From Klebsormidium nitens (taxonomy: Eukaryota > Plantae > Klebsormidiophyceae), in NCBI GenBank assembly GCA_000708835.1, contig DF236983.1:124001-188000 (forward strand): a stretch of 64,000 bases of DNA, written 5' to 3'. Both the position numbers and the translations under genes were made by a program. Of the stretch, positions 49,341-61,313 are shown one piece after another. The notes under the pieces are model-generated. The model searched no databases and was not told where the DNA came from. It saw nothing but the letters and a program-made list of their open reading frames with translations. Position 1 is the first letter of the stretch, and each line of letters begins with the position of its first letter.

Positions 49341-52300
49341 TTACGGATGGCGGAAGTCTCGGAGATGGTCTGGATTTTTCCTGCACGGTCGACGAAGTAA
49401 CGTAAGGCCAGTGCAACCTAGACGTGCGGATTTCTTGAAAAGGTAAAAGAGGACTTACCGCATTTGATTGAGCGATGGAAATACAGACTGAAGAATGGCC
49501 GCAGCGGGGTAAATGCAATGATCTAAGTCACCTCTCATGCATCGAACTTCGACGAATCTTTTCATCCTCAAGATTCGCTCACAAAGTCACGTGTCCTTGT
49601 CTTCAACAAACACAACGCTTCCGTTGCCTTCCGTCTCGAATCCAAGCGAAAAACGGAGGCAGACAATCTGGCCCTGCCTTTTGCAAAGCAGAGCAGACGG
49701 CACGCGCCTTCCCAAGAAACGGCCTCTAGTCAGAACCAGCCAGGATATTTATTAAGTATTGACACTGTCTTTATGTTGAGAGACGGACAACTCAATACAG
49801 AAATAGCAAGCCCAGAAGCACCTTGAGGACAAAGCAAGTAGAAACCGGCTTACTGCGAATCAATCGTCTCCTCAAAAATAGATGAGTGGAGACCTTGTGG
49901 CCTCTGCACATCACGTACCTGTAACACTTGCCGCCGTACTTGCACATCGGCCGCGTATCTGTGGCGGCCTGCTTTCCCTTCGGCTTCCGCTTTGGCGCAT
50001 TTGGATCCTCCTCATCCTGCACCACGTGATACGCCTTGATTAGAGCTCACTCCCAGTCAGCTTCCGAAAGTCCGTTCTTGTACGTACCGCTCTCTTATAT
50101 TCTGCTCATCTGGAACCCGCCTCGTAAACTCCGCTTTTTTGCACCCTGCTTTTTGCGCTTCGCCCCTCCGTGGGTCAGCTCGCTTGGAATCCAATTCGTT
50201 TCGTCTCTTACTCTCTGCTCTCTTACGATCACCTACTGAATGTCGCTGGCTGATCCTGATGCTCCATCGCATCTAGCTGAAACACGTACACTCACGAGCA
50301 CAGACCAGCATCCCGCCCCTCTACGGACACTGAATTTTTTTCGATGCTCGCCATGCTCAGATTGTCAAACCACTTGACTAGGTTGGGAGATGAAAGTCTC
50401 TCGAAATTACTCACAAAAAATAGATAAATATAGCTCAGAGGCTCAATAAATCGGTAATCAAGAGCTTGAATCAAAAGGGTGATGGCGCCACCTATTAAGA
50501 AACTTCAGGGGACTGTCTTCGAGAAGGTAGAGACGAAAACAGTGGTTTGGCCATGCACGAATCTGGAGCAGAGTCGAATACTTTAATTGCAAAATGTGCG
50601 GGTCAGCACAGATTGAAAACCGCCCAAAACGAACTCATTCTTACTTCCCACTCCTCTTCCTCGTCTTCGTCGCTCGCCTCCTCCTCCTGCTCCTCTTCTT
50701 CATCCACGATGAAATCCAGATCCTCAGCGGTTGGCTCGTCCTCTCCAGACTCCTCTTCGCTCTCGCTCTCCTTCCTCCCTTTCCGTCCGCCCGTCTTTTC
50801 CGCCGAAGCGGGCGCCTTCCTCCCTGCTCCGCCTTTACCCTTCGGCGCCTCCTCTTTCTTCCCACTCGACTTGGCCCCTTTCGCACTTCTCCTTCCCCCG
50901 CTTCTTCCTCTCGCAGAAGTCCCCTCGTCCTCAGATCCCCCCTCGTCCTGAACTTTGTCTGCAACTTCCTTTGCCTTTCTCGACTTCGCACTTTTTGCAC
51001 TTTTCTCTTTCTCTCCCCTCCATCTCCGACTGAGTTCTTTGTCCTCAGACTCATCAGCGACCTGCTTTCTCCGGCCCCTTGACCGGTCGTGCGACCTTGT
51101 TGCGACAGCTGGCGCCCGCCCCGAACCCCTCAGACCCTTCTCCACTTCTTCGACCTCCTCCGCTTCTTCTTCCGAATCGCCCGTCCACTCATCCTCATCG
51201 TCTTCCCCCTTTTTACTCCTCTCCCTCGCCGCGCTTTTCCGGGGGCCTGCTTTTGCGCCTCCCCGCGCCCCCCCTCGAGGCGCTCCCCCCCCCTTTTCTT
51301 GCTCTTCCTCGTCGAATGGTTCTTCGTCCGAGTCGTCTTCCTTTTTGGACGGCCCGATCTGCCAGGTCCAAGGACGCGTGTTGTGGGCCTTCTTCTGGTC
51401 GTACTGGTCGAACTCCTCGCCTTCAACAAGAAGGCCGTATTCTGCAACCACAAACGTCTCCGTCAAGGTCTTTTTCTCCGCCATTCCCTGAGCACACATT
51501 TCCGGGGGTTTCACTTACCGCTTCTCGGCCGCCTCGGTCGACATAAGAATCTTGGATCATGAGCTCCGTAGATGCAGATTCCATGGTTCTCTGCAATTCT
51601 ATATTCGCGTTCTGCGAACTCGGAACTCTTCGAAGATCAGTTCTGAAAGCAATGGTGAAGCGATCGATTCATCAACTTAGAAAGGCTGCCACTCAAACCG
51701 AACTCTTTCTAATCGACCGGGGGACCCCCATCTGAAATTGTTCTGGACGTCCAAACCGGATAGTCCAAAGCATCACGTTGCTTTTAAATCCAGGAAGTCC
51801 AGAGCATTGCGTTCTTGCCGAAAGGGACTAGCTGTCAAACGGACTTCGAGAAGCGCCAGCACGGTTGATTTGAGAAAGCTTCCTACATCGACTCGTTTCC
51901 CAATTTACTCCCGGACGGACAGGAAGTCTCGCTGGCTCCGCAACATCTCACGTTCTACTTCATATCAGCGGTAAATGCAGTATGGCCTTTCAGCTAAACG
52001 TGCTCAGAGCAGCGAAAACCAAGAAGAGGACAGACATTCTTGGTGGAGCAAAGGATCTGAAAGTCTGTAGTCCTCAGACGGGAACGTAACCACGTCCTGC
52101 GGATGTTTGCGCTTGCCTTTGATTGGGTCAAACGCAGCCGGCGGCCCCGCTTCTTGCTGGCCCACTCCAGATCTCCGCCCCCGCTTCGAGTCTGGAGGCG
52201 TGCCCTCATCAGCACCTCTCTCCCTGTCGCCATCCTCGTCGCCACCCAAGTCTAGTTCCTTATCCCGTTTACCTTTCCGCACATCCGACTTCTGTACTGC

Positions 52301-53056
52301 GCTCCCAACTGCCCGCATATCTGCCATCCTACCAACGTCCTCAACTTTCTGCTCTCGTCTTCGCTTGCCGTCACCTTGCACGCCAATCTCGTTCCCCTCT
52401 CCTCGCCCTCTCTTGCTTCCCGCCTTTCCCCCATACTTCGACGAGTGTCCGCTGGCTGCCTTTTCATCGTTGGGCTCTTCCTCGTACGCCCCCTCTTCCG
52501 TGCCCACCGCCCCTGTAGCATGCTCTTCTTCCCCCTCTTCCCCTCCTCGGTCTCTACGCTTTCTCTCTCCATGCTTTGTCGACCCTTCCATCGCTTCTTG
52601 CACCCTCCCTGACAGCCCTCTCTTCTCGGGGGCCCTCACTGTGTAAAAACAAGGCTTCACTATCGACAGTGAGACTCGGTCTCCAGGGTCCAGCCAGCAC
52701 CCCTCCCCCTGCTCCAGAAACCTCACCTCCGTCTTCCCCCCCACCCCTTTCTCCTTACTTTCCACCTCCCCTTGGAGCAAAACGCAAATTGGGTTTGGCC
52801 CCAGTGCCTCCACTCTAACCCTGTGCTTCTTTCCCCCCTTTCCGGAACCCCCTCTGAGCGGAGCCTTTTCCCACCAGTTGTCAGGGGGAGGCGCATCGTC
52901 TTCCTCAGTGAAGACCTCCTCTGCTTTTATGGAAGCTTGGTTCTTGGCGATGGTGCGGTCTTCGGTGGAGATCCCGGAGCCCCGCCCAATCAACTTCAGG
53001 GAGGAGAGGGGCAATTGGACGAGGGTGCCGTCGTCCCCAACAATCTCCATGGCCAC
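49341..53056 (-). CDS. APLF-like protein: FHA-like N-terminus, acidic/basic disordered middle, C-terminal PBZ zinc finger, about 624 aa; exons 53056-52117, 51441-50645, 50016-49919, 49380-49341
   Basis: The last two exons splice to CKYGGKCYRKNPDHLRDFRHP*, the PBZ consensus. The N-terminus LIGRGSGISTEDRTIAK...VEALGPNPI resembles the FHA domain of the PNKP/APTX/APLF family. The intron 1 donor is predicted to be GC. Confidence 0.82.
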
Positions 53057-54195
53057 TGTCGATCAGCAGTCTGCAAGACCGAAGGCAAGGGGTTAACAGG
53101 AAGGGGCATAGAGAAGTCGGGCATGGAGAAGGTGTTGCAAAAAGTATTTGCTCGGAGGCTAGCCTATGGCCCATTCAGGGGGTCCTTCTGATGAAACATA
53201 GTTGATTGCAGCTTTGTGAAAGATTTGGATGCTGCGAAGCACTGTGTACCAGAGTTGTTTGGTATGAGGCTGATCCAAAAGGAAGGGTGTCCAAAGAGGA
53301 CGGAGCGAAACTCAGCGAGTTCTACATTCGAGCCATCTTTTCAGAAGCAGATGCTCGATCCTTGGAACCTTCCAGAAGGTAGCACTGAAACTAAAAGGCA
53401 TCTTCAGATATAAGACGGAGGGTGAGGCCCACCCCGTTGGGTCTGCCAGGACTTGTGCAGGAAGAAGCTAACGGTCGAACAAGCTGATTCAAGGGAAAGA
53501 AGGGTTGCTTACACTTAGAACAACCACTTCTTAAAATCCTGCTTGCAAAAAGTGGTTACAAAGTGCAGCTTGGTCGGCAGACCCTCCCTGCCCCAGTTTT
53601 TCGATGAGCCCAAAGGCCCCTTGATTCCTGACACTCCTTCGCAATGAGACACCGCCGCTATCAGATTCACAGTGAACAACTGTGCCTTCGTCTGAAAATG
53701 CATCCAAGCGGGATACTTTTAGTCCATTGAGTCAAATGAAGAGCAAGACACAGCTTCAACACTGCGAGAAAACTTCTAATGCTGCCTCTCAGCCTTTTCT
53801 TACTGGGGCAACGCGAACCACTGGAATATGGATTCCAGCTCACCACTTATTGCACACTGCGGCTGGACAGCTCCGCCCTGAATCCTGCGCATTACTGTGT
53901 GTGGACTCTGGAGCTCCTCCTCAGCCTGCTCTGCACAGCTCGCATGCATGCTCGACTTTCCTTCCTTGTGAGGCTCAGCTAAAAAACTCGGTCCTTAATT
54001 TTCAAAAATACACATAAGTACTGGATTTCAGCTCAAATTGGGAAAACCTGGGGTTTCAACCGGCTGCCGGCGCGCTTAAATCGAGAACCGGCGGCTCTCG
54101 CCACCGCCGGTGACGCTGTTCTAGCTTGGTTCTGCCCTGGTTCTGCCGTCTTTAGCAACCGTCGACTCTCGTTCATGCAAGTTGCAGACCTCGGG

Positions 54196-54241
54196 ACGAG
54201 GGCCCGCGGGATTTTATCGTCAAATTCCCGCGGGCCCTCGT
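54196..54241. other. Inverted repeat/hairpin with perfect 16-bp arms
   Basis: ACGAGGGCCCGCGGGA, 14-nt spacer (partly pairing), TCCCGCGGGCCCTCGT. Located about 460 bp upstream of the antiporter ATG. Confidence 0.85.
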
Positions 54242-54700
54242 GTCCACACGAATTTTGTTGATCTCAACATTGTCAATGCTGAGCAGCCAAAGTTGTCACT
54301 GTCAGCCGCCAGCAGGCAGCTCCGACAATGCCAATGGTGTGCGTGTGAATTGGAGCTCCATCCTCAGTCCATGATTCTGTTGCTTTGATTTTGCTCTGAT
54401 CTGAGCTACCCCTAGCTTGAACCGCAACCTTGAAGCCATGTCTCTGATCGCGTGTTGTGTCCCAGCCTCTTGAAGTTCTTTCTAGTTCCACCAACCCTTT
54501 GTTCTAGCACAATCTCAGCACAATAAGCTGTCATGTTCTTTCCTGTCAATGTGGCGAACGTGGCTTGCCTGTGGGGATCTTCTGGCTGCTTAGAAATTCT
54601 CTCTGGCTGGTGCGCTGTCGAGATTATGCGCTGCTAATTGAATGGAACAGTATCCTTGGGCCTCATCAAGCTACATAGTTGATGCTGCAAAAGTAGAGCA

Positions 54701-57700
54701 ATGGCTGGCGACGCTGCGGCAGCAGATGGTGCAGCGGCAGTCACATTTGTGGGAGCAGTGGCCCTGTTGCTCGGTGTGGTCACCTTGAAACTGCAAATGT
54801 GGCTGCCACTCCCATATACGGCCCTCTTATTGGTAAGCACAATATGCCTTCTGGATGGCCTTCACATAGGTACGTACTTGCCAGTCAGCTGCGGTGCAAT
54901 TGAGAGGCTGAAATGGTATCTCATAGACTGTACCTGCTGATGTTACTGAAGTGAGCTGAACTTGCAACCTGCAAATGCTCTTCGTCCACCTGGAATATAT
55001 TAGAAGAAGGCCTATCAAAGATCCTCTCGTTGAGAGACAGTGCCAGAGACTTGAGTTAATGCTGCTAGGTTGTCCAGCTTCACCAACGCCAACCACTAAC
55101 AAACAGTCAAGCAACAGGGGTTTGTTCTTCAGCCTTACTCATAGTATCCATGTGACAGCTCGTTGTGCGTTCTCTCCTGTAGATCTGGGGCCTGGTCCTT
55201 GGCATCTGCAACGAGACATTCACTAGCGGCTGGGGTGTCTACGGCGAAGGCGTCACAAGTTGGCGGGTAGGCATCTGTTTCCAAAGTATTCCCTTCACTG
55301 CCGCTTACATCGAGGGGGGTCCAGCCTCTTAAAGGTCAATCTTCTCTGGTTCCGTTGCTGACGTTCTTGTTCATCCCAGGCACGTTTCTGAGTGTGGGAG
55401 AACTATACAACGAGTCACTGTGGTTTACCCAAAACTTAACGCTGCGTGTCCTGCAGAACATCCCCCCTCACTTCATCCTCAGCGTTCTCCTCCCTGGCAT
55501 CTTGTTTGGCGCCACCTTCGCAATGCCCAAGGCTGTGCTGCGGCGCAGCTTCCCGCACATCCTCTTACTGGGCGTCCTTGGCGTTCTCATGGGGATTGTC
55601 CTGACTGCCGTGTTTGCTCGCTACGTCCTTCCCTACGATTGGACCTGGCACGAGTGCCTGCTCTTCGGCTCAGTGCTGTCGGCAACGGACCCAGTCGCTG
55701 TTGTGGCTGTACTCAAGGAGGTGAGCAAGCGGTGCCTCTAGTCTTCTTTGAACAGAGTTCGTACAAGAGCCAGGTATGGCTGCTGACGATTAGGCCTTCT
55801 TGTTGTTAGGACATTGCATTGATTCACAAGCTTGTCAGGCTCCGCAATTGCGTAGAAGACTGGTCCTTATCACCTCAGCGGGATCTGTGTGTTATTCGGT
55901 GTTAATCCGCCACTAAGCCTCTCTTCGCGTTAGCTAGTCTTGGAATCCTCACTTGTTCGCATGTGCCTCTCCAACCTGTTTGCATGTGGAGTTTCAAGCC
56001 TGGAAGTCGATTGAAGCATCGAAGTTTGTTCGCTCTTTCCTGATACATCAGGCGAAGTAAAGAGAACCGGTATGCTTCCAGCGTGCAGCTTCGGGTACCG
56101 GATGAGTTGACCGTCGTGGTGGACGGCGAAGCGCTTGTCGATGACGGCGTGGCTGCGGTTATGTACATCGTGTGCACTGTGAGTGCGGCTTTGCCCTCTT
56201 CCCTGAATACAAAGACGGCGATACGCGAGATTGCATCCCGCTCTCAATCCCGGTTCGAGTGCTTCGTTGCCTTTCGTCGCGTGTCGTTGCTTCGTGAGCT
56301 GAAGTCATCATCTCGCTGTTCATACTTCCTGCTCAGGTCATTGATTATCTTCGTGAACCCTGGCCAATACTACGATTATCAGTACTGGACAGAAAACGAT
56401 TGGTCAATTTGCAGGGCCTCGTACAAGGAAACGGCACAACTGCGGGCGCTATTGTGCGCACGCTCTGCCGCCAGTCGCTTGCCGGCCCCGCTATCGGGCT
56501 CGCCTTTGGGCTGCTCTTGGTATTCGGAATCGATTACTGGCCCGCCGACGGATACATCACGGAGCTCGGCCTGACTTTGGCGGCGAGCTTTGGGGCGTTC
56601 ACGCTTGCAGAAGACGTTCTGCAGAGCAATGGCATCTTGTGTGTGGTTACGTGCGGCTTCGTGTACGCATTGCTCGCGAAGCGGGAAGAGAGCGCGGCAA
56701 AGGCGCTGGAGTCCTTTTGGTGAGCTTTGAGTCACCTCCATACTTTCAAATTGTGTTCGTATCTGCACAGCAAGTCCGAATGTTTCACTCCGTCGCTGCT
56801 TCGAGAGCAGGGTCTCAGCGCATCTATGCCACGTGTACTATGAGGCACCGAAGAACAGCGTCGCGTCAGGAAGCTCTTATTCTAGATTCGGCCTTCCGTG
56901 CGCTCTCCCGTTCCTATATCCAGAAGATTTTCGCACCATCTGTTAGGGCAGCCTAATCAAGCAAGAATTTGCGGATTGAGCGAAGTACACACGGTACTAT
57001 CACCGCGAATGGCTTCCCGCCGATGGACGGCCGCTTAGACAGCTTCTCAAACGAACGTGAGAACGCGTCCTTTGCTCATGGTGATTTTGCTTCTTCTCTG
57101 CCTTTCAGGTCTTCGTTAGAGTGGTGCCTCAACACGTTGCTGTTCGTGTTGATCGGTGTCGTGGTGGCGGGGCGGACATACGAGGGGCATGATGTGTTGC
57201 CAGGCAATGACAACATCGATTTGAGCGACTATGGTTTCGCGGTGTTGCTGTGGCTGGCCTTGCTGGTAAGCACGCATGCCGCGCGCTTTGGATGCCCATC
57301 TATTCGACTACGCTTTCGACGAGCGGCCTTCACCAACGACTCTAAGCGCGAAGTGCTGTTTAAAGCTTGTAAGCTGACTTCGCAGAAGTTCTTCACCGTC
57401 GTAGTGGGGTGATAGACAGCAGAAGCACAGGGAGAACACAGTCTTCCAAAAACTTGACTTCGAAGCAATGAAGAACAACTTGCACGTCAAGATTCCAATC
57501 CAACGTTCGGGCCGTCCTCGCAGGGCAGTTGATCAGAAAGCCACTAATGTTAATCTCAATGACATCGGGGTCCCACTGAGAAGTACGTTAAAACTGCCGG
57601 CCTTGGAGCACACTCCGCACGTTCGATGCCTTTCTAGACAATGAGCCGCCGTTGCAGTCTGAACCATAGTGCAAGCCCGGTGATCACCTGGGAGCCGTCT

Positions 57701-58393
57701 TGCCAATTTTTCTGATCTATCTTCCGCAGGTAGTCCGGACGATTGATGTAGCACTCCTTTGGCCCTTGCTCGCGCACACCGGACATGGTTTCTCTATAAA
57801 AGGCGCTCTGGTAACCATATGGAGTGGGCTCAGGGGAGTCGTCGGTGTCGCACTCGCGTTGCTGGTCTTCTTAGACCCGGCTATTTCTAACGAGGGGTAT
57901 AAACTGCGGGTGCTTTTCTTTATGGGTTCCACGGTCTGCCTGACCGTGCTCGTGCAAGGCAGTTTGATCACACCACTCCTCAAGGTGAGTTTATTTCATT
58001 GACTCTCCGTTTTAGGAGTATGGTGATGGAAGGATCGAGCACGGATATGCTCAGTCTTTGGAGTTGGTGGAGACTCCTCACATCTTTTTGTGTGGAACTT
58101 CTCCTATCTTCGTCTCTGTTTTCCATTCTAAGTTGCAATTGCGAGTGAAACGCTTTGGCGCTGATGTCGGTCGGCTACCAAGACGTCAATCCATGATGTT
58201 TCTGTGCAACGTCTTTCCATGTGTATGTTGTGCAGCATAAATCAATGGGAATGTTGTGCAGGTACTGCAATTGGTAGACACCACCGGAAGTTTCCCAGGC
58301 GCCCAAACCCCTTCAGATGAGTCAGGTCGGTCTGTGACCCGAAGTACCGAGTTGACGGCAATCACGTTGCAGCCGAAGCAAGAATTGCGTTGA
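54701..58393 (+). CDS. SOS1/NHX7-like CPA1 Na+/H+ antiporter, membrane domain only, about 472 aa; exons 54701-54832, 55183-55266, 55457-55720, 56089-56178, 56415-56719, 57109-57265, 57730-57984, 58262-58393
   Basis: Colinear with SOS1 transmembrane segments: LPYTALLL, LLPGILFG, LLFGSVLSATDPVAVVAVLKE, DGEALVDDG, FW..LEWCLNTLLFVLIG, WSGLRGVVGVALAL and TVLVQGSL. Junctions are phase-consistent; the last exon is less certain. Confidence 0.88.
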
Positions 58394-58412
58394 CAAGCCT
58401 CTACAAAGGTGG

Positions 58413-60773
58413 TTAAACATAGTTATCCGAGGGTTTCCGCTTTCTAGGTCTGGTTGGCGCACGCATAAGTAGAAGGTCGTGACTCTGCGAGTTTGTTGAA
58501 TCACTGATTGCTGCTGCTTGACTTTTTTGCATGAGAAGCAAAGTGACTTTTTTTAAGTCAAATCGCTCAAAAGTGCCGCATGTTCTGGCTTCAGCCTTAC
58601 AGTAAGTTTGCAGTTTTGATGTGTGGATGCAGCCGTGTGCAACATTTGTCTTGTACTCTGATGCTTTGCAAGTTGTGCAGCATGCAAGTCGGTAGTCATG
58701 CACCATCGAATCCATATGCATCAGATACCATGATGTTATAAATCTTTTGCTCAATTGCTACACGAAATTGGATCATGCTCTCCGGGCATACGTTACACGA
58801 ACTTCTTCATGCATGTGTATACCGGTATATTTCATGACGTCAAGGAGCTCTCAAGCCTTGAGATTGTGACTGACGGCATCACAGGCTGGGGTCCTGGAAC
58901 TGGGACGCATGCGGAGATGCGGTGCTGGAGCAAGCACCCCTCTGGAGTCTGGACGAGCAAGATTTGAAGCAGACTGGCGCACATGTGCGCTGGTTATCCA
59001 ATCAGAATGGCTGACCTTGTACGACGTGTTCCACGTGGACTCCTCTGAACGAATCACAATCGAGCCTCGGCTCGAGCGTTGCACTGAACATTTCAAATCT
59101 TCCGGGTGGCCTGCTTGCTGCTCACAATTGCTGAATTGTGATTGACAAAGCATGCAGACCCAGGTCCAGGACTGGGATGCAGGAGGTACTTTGCACGTCC
59201 TCTGAGACGATATTTTGCCAATGCTACCCTTAGCGACCAATTGTGCACGATGTTGCAGCTTGCAAGGCTGGTTTGATTCAGCGCTGGTGGACGGTTGCGG
59301 GCGGTGTTGGCCTGTGAAAGGCACATCAGGCACTTTCCGTTTTGACTGGACCACAAGTCTGGGGAGCAGGGCGGACGAGACAAGATGGTATGCTTTCACT
59401 TGTCCGAAGTTCTTGCTGGAGTAGCTCTTGAGTGTTCACTGCGATCCCTTCAAATCAGCAACTTTTAGCAAAAACAGCATAAATCACGGCTGTCTTGTCT
59501 GGAATCCAGACACTCAAGTGCAGTGCAGAAAGCATTTGCCTGTGTTTGGGGCTCTCGCATGCAACTCAAAGACCTTGAGGCAGCATCGGGTCATTGTGGC
59601 CCTATGCCTTCATGGTTCACCTTTCAATTTGAAGGGGACACTTTCAATCACATTTCTGACTTGAGAGGGCACTTGCTTGATCACTGTAACTTGTAAAACA
59701 TTGGCTGCTCTTACACACCAGCTACCTTCAGGAGCGTGGCGTCTAAAAATTAGTGTCGCGCCTACGAATCGCTGAAGCATACTGGGGTACCCCCTCAAGT
59801 TGCTCCTCATTTGGTTTAGTTGAAAGCTTGGCCAAGACGGCCACGGATCGTCACAAGAGTCCGTTGGACACCTGTCCTATTGGTCACCCTTCTCTCAAGC
59901 ATGCCCCATTTTAAACCATGCCCTCAGCCACCTCTATCTCAATCATGCCCCAACTGGCATCCTACGCTCTGCTTATCAGCGCAGCTGGACCGATTGCTTT
60001 GGTGACTCACTGCAAATCCCATTCCGCTGCAGGCGGAGGAGTCAAAGTCCACGCTTTCGACATTCCTTGATATGCTCCGTGAGGGCAGGTCATTGGACGC
60101 GGCTCAGCAGTTTGGCGAGCTCGTTGGTCTGGTGTGCCCCTCTGGGATGCGCATGACGGAGCAACAGGAGCAGGCGCTGCAGCTGAAACCCACCCCACCC
60201 TACAAGAAGGTGCGCTGATGTCATCAATCCACCCCGCAAAGGATTCTGGAAGATGTATCGTGGTGCTTCACGTCTGGCATGACTTAGGAGGGCGTTGAAG
60301 AAGGCTTTAGTTTGAGAGTGCTCTGGGTTCCTGCTGACATGTACAGGGGTGTTTTCAGAACGTGTGGTGGAAATTAGATCAGAATCGAGTGCTTGAGTTC
60401 TGAACCTCCGTAATGGGTTGAGGCCACAGATTGGATGTAGAGTGATTGTCATGACCACGATAACCACGTCTATAAATGGGCACAAAACATATTCTTGGGA
60501 TCTGCTGTAGCACCGCTTCACAATTCCCTTCTCTGGGTGTATTTGTGGCGCAATGTCCTGCTCCACTTTGGTTGGTTCCCTAATTGGGCTTGTGTTTATC
60601 CCTTTGGAACGCTGCCAGCAAACATGCCTAAGAATCACAGTATCTGGTGCCTTCTTTCCCTTTGGTTTACCCCTTGGTTCAGAAAAGTCCATTCCGGAGA
60701 AAGCAACCTTTGAACCCTCAAAATCGACCTGTTTCATCAGCTTGAGGATATCAAAGCACCGCAACAAACTCAC
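58413..60773 (-). pseudogene. Possible decayed or unresolved gene (ORF fragments 60090..60773, 58851..59399, 58413..58754)
   Basis: Three long same-strand ORFs (227, 182 and 113 codons) that are not shadows of a recognised gene, separated by stop-interrupted sequence. One contains a C-x2-C-x3-F-x8-H zinc-finger-like spacing. I could not build a coherent splice model. Confidence 0.25.
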
Positions 60774-61313
60774 AACTTCGATTCCAGTTGCGGAAGCTGA
60801 CGGAAAGCAGAGACGTCGTGGAGGGTCTTTTGTCCATCCTTAGCCACGACGGCGAGGCGGCTTACCTGCTGCTCGACTCCATCTGCCTTCTTTCAAGTGC
60901 TCCTGGCTTCGCAACTCGGGTAAGAGACTTGGTTCTCACGGCGGAGCGCTGAAGCCGCCTTTGGACGCCTGGATCATACTCTTAATGCCATCTGACGGCT
61001 TTCTCTTAGCTTCACTCAGTTCCGGACGTTCTTCTCAGTCTTTGATTGAAGCGTAAGGTGAATATATACAGCAGACAGGAAACATGTTTCCTATGACAGG
61101 CAGCTGGACGAACGAGCTCTTCTTTCACGAAGTTGTTATACGTCGATCCAGATACCTCTTGGTGTCTTCAGCAGTACTGTAACATTTGAAGACCCGTGAT
61201 GCAGAGGATAATCTGACGGCCTCGTGATATTGCTAGAGTACAAAGAGCGCCCAACAGGATCAGGCGTTCTGTTCTGTTTGTTGGAAGGTTTAAGCTTTAC
61301 CCTGTTTCCAGCG

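Noticed and set aside
54650-54657. GTATCCTT U12-type 5' splice-site-like motif upstream of the antiporter
   Set aside because: It is outside the coding model and has no TCCTTAAC branch point or matching acceptor nearby.
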